Positions 20,301-28,189 of a DNA stretch of 64,000 nt are shown piece after piece. The position numbers and the translations under genes were made by a program. Within the stretch, counting starts at the first letter, position 1; every line of letters begins with the position of its first letter. The notes beneath the pieces were generated by a model that had not been told where the DNA came from, searched no databases, and was given only the letters and a program-made list of their open reading frames with translations. The DNA is from Hyphomicrobiales bacterium (lineage in GTDB: Bacteria; Pseudomonadota; Alphaproteobacteria; Rhizobiales; RI-29): contig WGLQ01000002.1 of the NCBI GenBank assembly GCA_016125495.1, positions 26,969-90,968 of the forward strand, written 5' to 3'.

Positions 20301-21154
20301 AACATGGGGTCGGCGGGGCAGCCGGCGGCCAGATCGACAGCACCACCGTCGCGCCACGGCCGGACCGGGCGAAGGAGCCGGCACAGCCCGCGGCCACCGT
20401 GACCGAGGTGGCCGATGCGACGCCGACGCAGGACGTGCGTGCTCCGGAAGGTGCGCCGACCGGAGCAACGCCCGTTGCGATCGTCGAGCAGTCGCCTCGG
20501 ACTGAGCCGGCGTCCACGCCGGCACCGGGCCGTGGCGTCGAGGTCGAGGCACCGCAGGCCGAGCCGATCGGCCCAGTTGCCGACACCGCGCCGGCCGCCG
20601 ATGGCGCCTCGGCATTGCCAGCCGTTCCAGCGATACCCGCGCCGGTTCCGACACCGGCTGGCGGATCGACGCCTCCGGCCGCACCGAGCCAGACGGCGGC
20701 CACGCCGGCCACGTCGACCGCCACCGAGCCCGGCGGTGAAGCGGCCGCTCCTGTTACGCCGACGGTGCCGGGAGCGGCGACGACCGAGCCGCAGCCGCAG
20801 CCGCAGCCGCAGCCGAGCGAGCCGGAGGTGCCTACAGGGCCCCTCACGGGCGAAGACCTTCGCCAGGCGGTCAGCGGGCGCATGATCTCCGGTGGCGGGT
20901 TCTTCGGGACACGCCGGTTCGAGATGCGGTTGGCTGCCGGTGGTGCCGTGCAGGGGCGGTTCATGCATCAAGACAGTTTCGGATCGCAATTGGTCGACAA
21001 CGGTCGCTGGACCCTGCGCAACGATCAGCTTTGTGTGACGTTCTCGTTCACCGGCGGCGGGCGCACGGCATGCGTCGCCGTTGAGAAGTCCGCGACAGGC
21101 ATGCGTTTTCTCGGATCGGGTCAACGTCCGCTCGACTGGCGCATCGAGCCGTGA
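17396..21154 (+). CDS. Large fusion protein: polytopic membrane Cys-motif (NapH/NosR-like polyferredoxin) domain, 2Fe-2S ferredoxin-like domain, FAD/NAD(P)-dependent pyridine-nucleotide-disulfide oxidoreductase, TM helix, Pro/Ala-rich linker and an unknown C-terminal domain
   Basis: Motifs WRQICPMAF, GRSGWCGTFCPLGPLQ and NGYCPTCVGCQKNCYDF sit within multiple hydrophobic helices. IDFGCRTGMCGADPIVV...ARLACVCRA is 2Fe-2S-like. RVVIIGNGVAGVTAADRI, HAVVVGGGVLGIEAADAL and IYAIGDVAEF mark the FAD and NAD sites. TM helix GWGIAMLVGAMVTAGAAVWVGMV. The start is uncertain (ATG 17396, GTG 17414 after GAGGAG, or ATG 17498). Confidence 0.75.
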   Translation: MRGVTIVADGSDNRMGGGTARLIGGDDPFKPYTEMRSWLPKAFWLMLRVLTLMAALALAVTLVVAPEIGVTVFWKIVIPSLPIVLAVVPGLWRQICPMAFANQIPVQLGWSANRTLPIWLKESSYLYAILAFIVLVALKHVTLYNSPGPLLAMVLGALVLAFLGGLVYKGRSGWCGTFCPLGPLQKVYGHTPVVVVKNGYCPTCVGCQKNCYDFSPRSAFFQDLYDKDPWYAGHRRFFVGVLPGLIISFWLGRNPEEIGYVRYVQELLFWLLLSAGSFFVMTSVLRTSVYKVAAAYGVVAIFLYYWFAAPVVLESMRELFDVALPDALAYGVIGLVVLVAARNLFAGYRLERLYWAREAGEEPRLGVSGQAAGAPTGPSILEKASGKRIPLDPNRPILDLLESSGIRIDFGCRTGMCGADPIVVEAGEENLSPPSAIELETLRRMGLEGRARLACVCRARGSVTIDLAKDPMSLAAAGPVPRTVDLAAMAGVGRVVIIGNGVAGVTAADRIRRASPSCRIDLVTRENHHFYNRMAIGRAIYGRGGLDGLGLLPESWDKKNDVTVWLNTIARSIDRQSKEVVLGTGERLAYDKLILATGGRPAVPPAPGVDLGGCFVLREARDAFEIRAWSQAHACRHAVVVGGGVLGIEAADALRQLGLGVSIVHRSVHLMDRNLDAEGSLLLEHYLRGLGVDVLTRSQVASIDGEENVEGVTLADGRHVEAQIVLFCIGVRGETALAEAAGLQTGRGVIVDTAMRTSDPDIYAIGDVAEFGDGPSGLWTVATQHAQLAADDLLKRREGSHVPRTVMQLKMDGVDVVAYGEHELTRLGQELIVDDDEPGHARRLLLVENGRIIGAVFVGPPGTALGVADAILSERDITGVLGELRRGNWQALAGQSEIVESEDDAPQSTTRVEERRPALSGPLGWGIAMLVGAMVTAGAAVWVGMVPNEMRIERMMSAMEEAFTARGSKHGVGGAAGGQIDSTTVAPRPDRAKEPAQPAATVTEVADATPTQDVRAPEGAPTGATPVAIVEQSPRTEPASTPAPGRGVEVEAPQAEPIGPVADTAPAADGASALPAVPAIPAPVPTPAGGSTPPAAPSQTAATPATSTATEPGGEAAAPVTPTVPGAATTEPQPQPQPQPSEPEVPTGPLTGEDLRQAVSGRMISGGGFFGTRRFEMRLAAGGAVQGRFMHQDSFGSQLVDNGRWTLRNDQLCVTFSFTGGGRTACVAVEKSATGMRFLGSGQRPLDWRIEP
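20791..20814 (+). repeat. Hexanucleotide tandem repeat (GCAGCC)x4 encoding PQPQPQPQ inside the Pro/Ala-rich linker
   Basis: Read directly: gagcc gcagcc gcagcc gcagcc gcagcc gagcgagccg. Translates to EPQPQPQPQPSEPE. Confidence 0.9.
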
Positions 21155-21278
21155 GGCTTGCCCGGCCGGATCGGAACGATCCCGCCGGGGCTGGCGCGGC
21201 GGCACGTCTGGTGGCAAGAACCGGGGCCCCGGGCGGCGGTCGTCGCGTCGTTCCTGCCGGGCGATCGCGGGAGGGCGA

Positions 21279-22076
21279 ATGAAGCTGCTGATGATGACCG
21301 ATCTGCACCTCGTTGCGCCGGGTGCGGAGATGGCTGGCGTCGATCCGCGCGTCGGGGTCGAACTCTGCCTTGCCGATATGCAGCGCTGGCATGGTGATGC
21401 GGCGCTCTGCGTGATCGCGGGTGACCTCACGGATCGCGGCGAGGTCGATGCCTATCGCTGGCTGGCGGACCGGCTCACGGCGTTCACCCTGCCGGTGCAA
21501 TTGATGATGGGCAACCACGACGACCGAGAAGCGATGGCGGCTGCATTGCCGCAGGTCGAGCGCGACGCGAACGGCTTCCTCCAGAGTATGCGTGAGACCG
21601 AAGAGGGGGTGCTGCTGTTTCTCGATACGTACAAGGGGCCGACCTCGGAAGGGGCATTTTGTGAGCTGCGCCGGGCCTGGCTCGCCGAGCGCCTCGAGAG
21701 TGTCCGCGGCCGTCCGGTCTGGATCTTCATGCACCACCCGCCATTTCCGATCGGCCACACCTTCATGGATCGGATCCGGTTGGACGAAACGGACGCGCTA
21801 GCGCTCGGCCAGCTGCTTTCGGCGCACGACAACATCCGCCACATCTTCACGGGCCATGTGCATCGCGCCGTGCAGACGATCTGGCACGGCATTCCGGCCA
21901 CGTGCCTGCCGGGAACGAGCCACATCATGGCCATGAAGCGGCGCACGCATGGGCTCGCTTATCCGACGGGCAGGCCCATGTACGGCATCGTCCTCATCGA
22001 AGGCGAGCGCACGACCGTGCATTTCGAGACCGTGCCCGAGGAGCCGGCAGGACAACCCGAACTCGCCGCACCGTGA
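21279..22076 (+). CDS. Metallophosphoesterase, class III cyclic-nucleotide phosphodiesterase (CpdA/GpdQ)-like
   Basis: Calcineurin-like motif series MMTDLHL, AGDLTDRG, MGNHDD, FMHHPP and TGHVHR. ATG 21279 follows GGGAGGG. Confidence 0.8.
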   Translation: MKLLMMTDLHLVAPGAEMAGVDPRVGVELCLADMQRWHGDAALCVIAGDLTDRGEVDAYRWLADRLTAFTLPVQLMMGNHDDREAMAAALPQVERDANGFLQSMRETEEGVLLFLDTYKGPTSEGAFCELRRAWLAERLESVRGRPVWIFMHHPPFPIGHTFMDRIRLDETDALALGQLLSAHDNIRHIFTGHVHRAVQTIWHGIPATCLPGTSHIMAMKRRTHGLAYPTGRPMYGIVLIEGERTTVHFETVPEEPAGQPELAAP

Positions 22077-22459
22077 GGAGCGCGCGGCGGCGAGGCAGCG
22101 ACACCCGCGGCTTCGATGGTTGTTCCCGGCCCATGTCGATTGCAGTAAATTTTAATTAAATCAAATCGTTAGCGCCGGCCCGCGCCGGACGACCGAAGCG
22201 TTCCGTCCACGGTAAAAAAAGTGTTATGAAAAAATGCTTGAACCCGATGGTGGTTGATTCATAGTGGTTCGGAGGTTGCCGGACGATCGGTTGATGCCGG
22301 CCGTTCGCACGAATTGCCGGGCTCGAGCGATACGCTGGTCACTCGGGCGTAGCGACTATTTGATTTGGGTGATGCTGGTGTAGGCGGCAGCGTGGTGTCG
22401 CTCCGATCTCGAGGGGCAAGCCGAACCCCGAGGGCGTTCCGGCTGTGTGGGGGGCCGAA

Positions 22460-23692
22460 ATGGGTTCGCACGAGTCGTTGCGCCTTCTTATTTACAGCCA
22501 CGATTCCTTCGGGCTCGGGCACCTCCGGCGCTGCCGGGCGATCGCGCACTCGCTGGTCGAGCACAGGCGCGATCTGTCGGTGCTGATTCTCACGGGCTCG
22601 CCGATCATCGGCAGCTACAATTTCCGCTCGCGCGTCGACTTCGTGCGGTTCCCTGGCGTCGTCAAATTGCGCAACGGCGGCTACACGTCGCACGGCCTCG
22701 ACATCTCGATCGAGGCGGCCATCGCCATCCGCCAGACCATCATTCGGTGTTCCGCCGAGGAGTTCGACCCACATATCTTCCTCGTCGACAAGGAGCCGAT
22801 GGGACTGCGCGGGGAGGTGATGCCGACGCTGGCGCTGCTCAAGTCGCGCGGGGCGCGCCTCGTTCTCGGACTGCGTGACATTCTCGACGACCAGGAGATG
22901 CTGCGCGAGGAGTGGGAACGAAAAGGCTCCATGCAGGCGCTCAGGGACTATTACGACGATATCTGGGTCTACGGCTCGAAGCTCGTTGCCGATCCGCTCG
23001 AGGGAATCGATGTGCCGGACAGTGTGCGTCGGCGGATGACGTTCACGGGCTATCTGCGGCGTACCGCCAGCGGCATGGGCGAGGCACTCAACTTCGATGG
23101 CGTCGAGATCGAGGAACCCTACATCCTCGTCACGACCGGTGGCGGGGGCGATGGCACGGCGCTGGTCGACAGCGTGCTCAGGGCCTACGAACACGACCGG
23201 ACACTGCCGCATCGCGCGCTCGTCGTGATGGGCCCGTTCATGGATCGCGATGCGCAGGCGAATTTCCTTGCACGCATCGGGCGGCTCGAGATGGTTCAGG
23301 CCATCGATTTCGTCCCCAACATGGAGGACCTCATGATCCGTTCCATCGGCGTCGTGGCGATGGGCGGATACAACACGGTCTGCGAGATCCTTTCTTTCGA
23401 CAAGCCGGCCCTCATCGTGCCGCGCTCGGTGCCACGCCTCGAGCAGACGATACGGGCGGAGCGGATGCAGGATCTCGGTCTGCTCGGCATGCTGAGCGAA
23501 TACGATGCCTACGATCCCATGCTCATGGCGGCGCGAATTCGTCAGCTTCCCCATCAGCCACGCCCTTCGAGCGCGGGGCGGTCGGGCCTCCTCGATGGCT
23601 TTTCGATGATCCGCTCGATCGTCGATCGGTGGGCCGCGATGGGAGGCAACATGGGGCCACAACTGGCCGTCGTCAGCGGCTCTGCCGAGTGA
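22460..23692 (+). CDS. Glycosyltransferase family protein (GT-B, GT28-C-terminal-like; COG4671-type)
   Basis: N-terminal LLIYSHDSFGLGHLRRCRAIAHSL. Shares the GxGHLRR N-terminal motif and overall layout with the paralogue at 26166-27377. C-terminal half is GT-B like (VAMGGYNTVCEILSFDKPALIVP). Confidence 0.7.
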   Translation: MGSHESLRLLIYSHDSFGLGHLRRCRAIAHSLVEHRRDLSVLILTGSPIIGSYNFRSRVDFVRFPGVVKLRNGGYTSHGLDISIEAAIAIRQTIIRCSAEEFDPHIFLVDKEPMGLRGEVMPTLALLKSRGARLVLGLRDILDDQEMLREEWERKGSMQALRDYYDDIWVYGSKLVADPLEGIDVPDSVRRRMTFTGYLRRTASGMGEALNFDGVEIEEPYILVTTGGGGDGTALVDSVLRAYEHDRTLPHRALVVMGPFMDRDAQANFLARIGRLEMVQAIDFVPNMEDLMIRSIGVVAMGGYNTVCEILSFDKPALIVPRSVPRLEQTIRAERMQDLGLLGMLSEYDAYDPMLMAARIRQLPHQPRPSSAGRSGLLDGFSMIRSIVDRWAAMGGNMGPQLAVVSGSAE

Positions 23693-23701
23693 GGCCGCAA
23701 G

Positions 23702-25012
23702 GTGAGTCTCGCGATCGTCCTCAAGGGATATCCGAGGCTCTCGGAGACGTTCATCGCGCAAGAGCTCAAAGGGCTCGAGGATCGGGGGATCGACTTTTCG
23801 ATCCATGCCTTGCGCCGGCCGCACGACGGCAAGGTGCATCCGATCCACGGTGAAATCACCGCACCGGTTCATTATCTTCCGGAATACATTCATGACGAGC
23901 CGCTCCGGGTGCTGCGCGCCTGGCTCGCGGTGCGCCGGCGGCCGGGCTATCGCAGGGCCCGTGCCAAATGGCTCGCCGATCTGTGGCGGCAGCCGACGCG
24001 AAACCGGTTCCGGCGCTTCGGCCAGGCCATGGTGCTCGCGGCGGAGATGCCGGCGGATGTCCGCCACATCCATGTTCATTTTCTCCACACGCCTGCCTCG
24101 GTGGCGCGATACGCGGCGGACGCGCTCGGGATCGGATGGAGCTGTTCGGCCCATGCCAAGGACATCTACACGACGCCGGCTTGGGAAATCAGTGAGAAGC
24201 TCGACGATCTCGAATGGCTCGTGACGTGCACGGCGGCGAACGTCGGGCATCTGAAATCGCTCGCACCGGCGGCGGCGAACAAGATCGAACTCGTCTACCA
24301 CGGCATCGACCTGGCGCGCCTCGACGGGGAGGAAAACAGAGCCATGAATGACGATCGGGGCGGGCTGCGCGCAGGTCCCGAGGAAGCGGCGGAGACGAGG
24401 CGACCAAGGACCGTCGAAATCCTCTCGGTCGGCCGGGCGGTGCCGAAGAAGGGCTATGACGACCTCCTCGAAGCGCTGGCGCGGCTGCCGGCCGGGCTCG
24501 ACTGGCGGTTCACGCACATCGGAGGAGGAGATCTGCGCAAGCGGCTCGAGGCACGAGCGAGCGCGCTCGGGCTCGACGGGCGGATCACCTGGCGCGGGGC
24601 GCAGGCGCAAGCAGAGGTGCTGGAGGCTTATCGGCGCTCCGATATTTTCGTCCTGACGAGCCGGATCGCGGACGACGGCGATCGCGACGGGCTGCCCAAC
24701 GTGCTGATGGAGGCCCAGAGCCAGGGGGTTGCCTGCCTCTCGACCCGTGTCTCGGCGATCCCGGAGCTCATCGAGGATGGCGTCACCGGCAGGCTTGTCG
24801 ATCCCGGCGACGTCGAGGCGATCGCGGCGGCTCTCGGGGAACTCATCCGCGATGAGGACCAGAGGAAGCGACTGGCGGCCGCAGGCCACCGGCGGGTGCG
24901 CCGGGATTTCACGCACGAGGCCGGGATCGAACGGGTGGCGCGCAGGTTGCGGGCGCACATTTGCGATCGCGAAGGGGTGGAGTCCCGCGAGGTCGGGGCA
25001 GCGGTCGGGTGA
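23702..25012 (+). CDS. Glycosyltransferase family 4 (WcaL-like)
   Basis: MSLAIVLKGYPRLSETFIAQELKGLE N-terminus, and the C-terminal GT4 motif block FVLTSRIADDGDRDGLPNVLMEAQSQGVACLSTRVSAIPELIEDGVTGRLV. Confidence 0.8.
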   Translation: MSLAIVLKGYPRLSETFIAQELKGLEDRGIDFSIHALRRPHDGKVHPIHGEITAPVHYLPEYIHDEPLRVLRAWLAVRRRPGYRRARAKWLADLWRQPTRNRFRRFGQAMVLAAEMPADVRHIHVHFLHTPASVARYAADALGIGWSCSAHAKDIYTTPAWEISEKLDDLEWLVTCTAANVGHLKSLAPAAANKIELVYHGIDLARLDGEENRAMNDDRGGLRAGPEEAAETRRPRTVEILSVGRAVPKKGYDDLLEALARLPAGLDWRFTHIGGGDLRKRLEARASALGLDGRITWRGAQAQAEVLEAYRRSDIFVLTSRIADDGDRDGLPNVLMEAQSQGVACLSTRVSAIPELIEDGVTGRLVDPGDVEAIAAALGELIRDEDQRKRLAAAGHRRVRRDFTHEAGIERVARRLRAHICDREGVESREVGAAVG

Positions 25013-26169
25013 TGCGCATCGCCTTTCATGCCCCGCTCAAAGCTCCGGACTGGCCCGTTCCTTCGGGGGATCGGACGATCGCGAGGGCGATCGTTGCGAG
25101 CCTCCAGGCGGTGGGCCACGAGGTGATCGTGGCATGCCGACTGCGGACCTTCGATGGCAAGGGGGATCGCGCCCGGCAGGAGGCGTTGCGCGAGCGGGGT
25201 GAGCGGCTCGCGCGCGGCCTCGTGGAGCGGTATCGCGGACCGGGAGTTCGCCGGCCCGATCTCTGGCTGACCTATCACCTCTACCACAAGGCTCCCGATC
25301 ATGTCGGCCCCCTGGTCTGCCGGGAACTGGGGCTGCCCTACGTGGTGATCGAAGCGTCCCACTCGCCGCGCCAGAGCGAGGGGCCTTGGCGCGAGGGCAA
25401 TGGGCTGGTGGCGGCGGCCCTTCTGCAGGCGGCGCTCGTCGTTTCGCTCAATCGGCGGGACCCGCCCGCGATCGCGGCTTTGGGTGTCGATGCGGGACGC
25501 ATGCGGCTGCTGGCCGTGCCGGCGGATCTCAATGCGTTTGCACGGGCGGCCGACGAGCGGGCCCGGCATCGCGCCGTCATCGCCGCCCGCCACGGCCTCG
25601 CGGCAGAGGAACCCCGTCTGATCACCGCCGCCATGATGCGCGCCGGCGACAAGGTGGCATCGTACCAGCTGCTTGCCGAGGCGCTCGACCTGCTCGGGGA
25701 GCGGGCGTGGCGTCTCCTCGTTGCCGGGGACGGGGCCGCCCGAGGGGAAATGGAGGATATGTTCGTGCGGCACGGGCGCAGGGTGGTGTTCCTCGGCGCG
25801 CTCGGGCGCGAGGCACTGGCCGAATATCTTTCCGCGGCCGATCTCTTCGTATGGCCCGCCATCAACGAGGCGATCGGCATGGCGATCCTCGAGGCGCAGG
25901 CGGCCGGCCTCGCCGCCGTGGTCGGGGATGCGGGCGATGTGCGGTCTGTCTGCGAGGACGGCGTGACGGCGCGCGTGGTCCCGATTCGCGACGCCCGAGC
26001 ATTCGCGCGGGCGGTGCGTGACTATCTCGATGCACCGGGCGTATTGGTGGGAGACGGGGAGGCGGCCCGCGAGCGGGCGCTCAGGGTGCACTCCCTGGAG
26101 GCGGCCGGCCGGCAGCTCGATGGCTGGCTGCGGGAGGTCGTTCCGGACCGGCGGGGAGAGAAACGGTGA
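25012..26169 (+). CDS. Glycosyltransferase family 4
   Basis: ATG 25012 overlaps the upstream TGA (gTGATG). MRIAFHAPLKAPDWPVPSGDRTIARA..., with C-terminal FVWPAINEAIGMAILEAQAAGLAAVVGDAGDVRSVCEDGVTARVV. Confidence 0.75.
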   Translation: MRIAFHAPLKAPDWPVPSGDRTIARAIVASLQAVGHEVIVACRLRTFDGKGDRARQEALRERGERLARGLVERYRGPGVRRPDLWLTYHLYHKAPDHVGPLVCRELGLPYVVIEASHSPRQSEGPWREGNGLVAAALLQAALVVSLNRRDPPAIAALGVDAGRMRLLAVPADLNAFARAADERARHRAVIAARHGLAAEEPRLITAAMMRAGDKVASYQLLAEALDLLGERAWRLLVAGDGAARGEMEDMFVRHGRRVVFLGALGREALAEYLSAADLFVWPAINEAIGMAILEAQAAGLAAVVGDAGDVRSVCEDGVTARVVPIRDARAFARAVRDYLDAPGVLVGDGEAARERALRVHSLEAAGRQLDGWLREVVPDRRGEKR

Positions 26170-27377
26170 CGAACCGAATTCTCATCCATGTGCAGCACCT
26201 GCTCGGGGTCGGGCACCTGCGCCGGGCGGCGGCGCTCTCGCGGGCATTCGCCCGGAGTGGTTATGAAGTGGTCGTGCTTTCGGGTGGGCGGCTGGTTGCG
26301 GGAACGGATGTCGGGGGCGGGCGCCTCGTGCAACTCGCGCCGGCGCACGCGGCGGATGTGTCATTCAGCGCCGTGCTCGATGACGACGGCAAGCCGATCG
26401 ACGAGGCGTTCGAGAGACGACGGCGCGAGGTGGTGGTGGCCGAGACGCTACGGTTCGCGCCGGACGTGGTCGTCACGGAGCATTATCCGTTCGGGCGGCG
26501 GCGCTTTCGCGGCGAGATCACCGCGCTGTTCGATGCCGCGCCGCGCGGTGCCCTCGTGCTCTCCTCGGTGCGCGACGTCCTGGTGCGCAGCGCCGGGCAC
26601 GGCGAGAAGGCCGCGCGGATCGTCGATCTCATCAGGAAGCGTTACGATGGCGTTCTCGTGCATGGTGATCCCGGCATCATCGCGCTCACGGATTCGTTCC
26701 CGGCGGCCGATGGGATCGCCGATCGTCTCCATTACACCGGCTACGTGGTCGAGGAAGCGCCGGGGGAGGTTTTCCCGGCGGACACGCAAGGTGCTCACAC
26801 CGGCTGCAAGGGCCCTGGGGAGGTCGTCGTCTCGGTCGGTGGGGGAGCGGTCGGCCTCGGACTCCTCGGGGCCGCACTCGAGGCACGGCGCGGCGGCTTG
26901 CTGGACGACCGGCGATGGCGTCTCCTGGTCGGGCGGAACCTCGGCGGGGCGGCGTTCGCCCAATTGCGGGCATCGGCACCCGACGGGGTCGTCGTCGAGT
27001 GGGCGCGACCGGACTTCCGGGCGCTGCTCTCGCGGGCCTCGCTCTCGATCTCGCAGGCGGGCTACAATACGTTGATGGACATTCTGATCGCGGGCGTCCC
27101 GGCCGTGGTGGTGCCGTTCGAGGCGGGCGCCGAGAGCGAACAGCGCGAGCGTGCCGAGCTGTTCGCTCGTCGCGGGCTGCTTGCGGTGCTGCCCGAAAGC
27201 GAACTCGATGGCCGGCGGCTGGCGGTGGCGGCGCTCGAGGCGATCGTGCGGCTGGATCGCGTGTGCCTCTCGGAGCGGGTTGCCGCAATCCGGCTCGAAG
27301 GGGCCGACGAGAGCGTGCGGATCGTCACGCGACTGCTCGGGCGAAAGCGCCGGGGCGAAGCCATGGGAGACGGCTGA
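26166..27377 (+). CDS. Glycosyltransferase family protein (paralogue of 22460-23692)
   Basis: GTG 26166 overlaps the upstream TGA. ILIHVQHLLGVGHLRRAAALSRAF, with C-terminal SISQAGYNTLMDILIAGVPAVVVPF. Confidence 0.7.
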   Translation: MTNRILIHVQHLLGVGHLRRAAALSRAFARSGYEVVVLSGGRLVAGTDVGGGRLVQLAPAHAADVSFSAVLDDDGKPIDEAFERRRREVVVAETLRFAPDVVVTEHYPFGRRRFRGEITALFDAAPRGALVLSSVRDVLVRSAGHGEKAARIVDLIRKRYDGVLVHGDPGIIALTDSFPAADGIADRLHYTGYVVEEAPGEVFPADTQGAHTGCKGPGEVVVSVGGGAVGLGLLGAALEARRGGLLDDRRWRLLVGRNLGGAAFAQLRASAPDGVVVEWARPDFRALLSRASLSISQAGYNTLMDILIAGVPAVVVPFEAGAESEQRERAELFARRGLLAVLPESELDGRRLAVAALEAIVRLDRVCLSERVAAIRLEGADESVRIVTRLLGRKRRGEAMGDG

Positions 27378-28189
27378 TGGCGGCTTCGGGGACGAGCTGG
27401 GCCGATCTCGAACGGGAACTCGACCATTGGCGGCGGGCAGGGCGACGCGCCAGCCTCTGGTGGCGCGACGACGATGCACATCAGAGGAACGATGCATTCA
27501 TTCGGCTGGCGGCGCTAGCGGCGCAGCACCGGGTGGCGCTGATGTGCGCGGTCGTTCCGGTCTGGCTGGCGCGGTCGGATGGCGAACGGGGCACGGTTCC
27601 ACTCCGGCCGGAGCCGATGGTCACCTACGTTCAGCATGGTCTCGCCCACGTCAATCATGAGCCTCAAGGAACCAGAGGCGCGGAATTCGGGGGCTCGCGG
27701 AGCGAGGAGGCCCTGCGCGACGACCTGGTTGCGGGCGGCCGATTGATCGCCGACCGCTTGCAGGATGCGCTCGCTGTCTTCGTGCCACCTTGGAACCGGG
27801 CCGATGATCGCCTCGCGGGCGTGCTGGCGCGGGCGGACTATATCGGATTGTCGATGGCGGGCCCCCGGGCCGCGCCCGAGGCGGCGCCGGGCGTCAAGCT
27901 CGCCAACGTGCACGCCGACATCATCGACTGGCGCGCGGGCAGGGTGTTTCGTGGTGAGGGGCGGGTGCTGGGAACGGTCGTGGAGCACCTGGCGGCACGA
28001 CGCACCGGGGCGCTCGACGCGGAGGAGGCGACGGGCATCATGAGCCATCATCTGGCCCACGATGCAGGTTGCTGGGCATTCCTCGAGCGCTTTCTCGAAT
28101 TGACGGCGGGGCACGAGGCCGTAGTCTGGCGCTCGGCGCAGGACCTCTTCGGTGCTCGCAAGCTCGGGCAAACGGGAAGTGGGGCGTGA
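27377..28189 (+). CDS. Polysaccharide deacetylase-like protein
   Basis: ATG 27377 shares its A with the upstream [13 protein letters not shown]...ALMCAVVP...[12 protein letters not shown] pattern, recalled from NodB/DUF2334-like deacetylases. Confidence 0.55.
   Translation: MAASGTSWADLERELDHWRRAGRRASLWWRDDDAHQRNDAFIRLAALAAQHRVALMCAVVPVWLARSDGERGTVPLRPEPMVTYVQHGLAHVNHEPQGTRGAEFGGSRSEEALRDDLVAGGRLIADRLQDALAVFVPPWNRADDRLAGVLARADYIGLSMAGPRAAPEAAPGVKLANVHADIIDWRAGRVFRGEGRVLGTVVEHLAARRTGALDAEEATGIMSHHLAHDAGCWAFLERFLELTAGHEAVVWRSAQDLFGARKLGQTGSGA

Noticed and set aside
17378-21430. 1350-aa minus-strand ORF, and similar giant antisense ORFs (4777-7194, 22259-24958, 37739-40003, 57815-60322, 14628-16601, 9785-11440, 11551-13473, 43511-45340, 40163-42121, 41790-43547)
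   Set aside because: These are classic shadow ORFs of high-GC genomes: Arg/Pro/His/Gly-rich, without motifs. Each lies antisense to a gene with clear family signatures.
22227-22265. 12-codon mini-ORF MKKCLNPMVVDS in the AT-rich island
   Set aside because: It has no SD. It overlaps the putative -35/-10 elements and is more likely promoter DNA.
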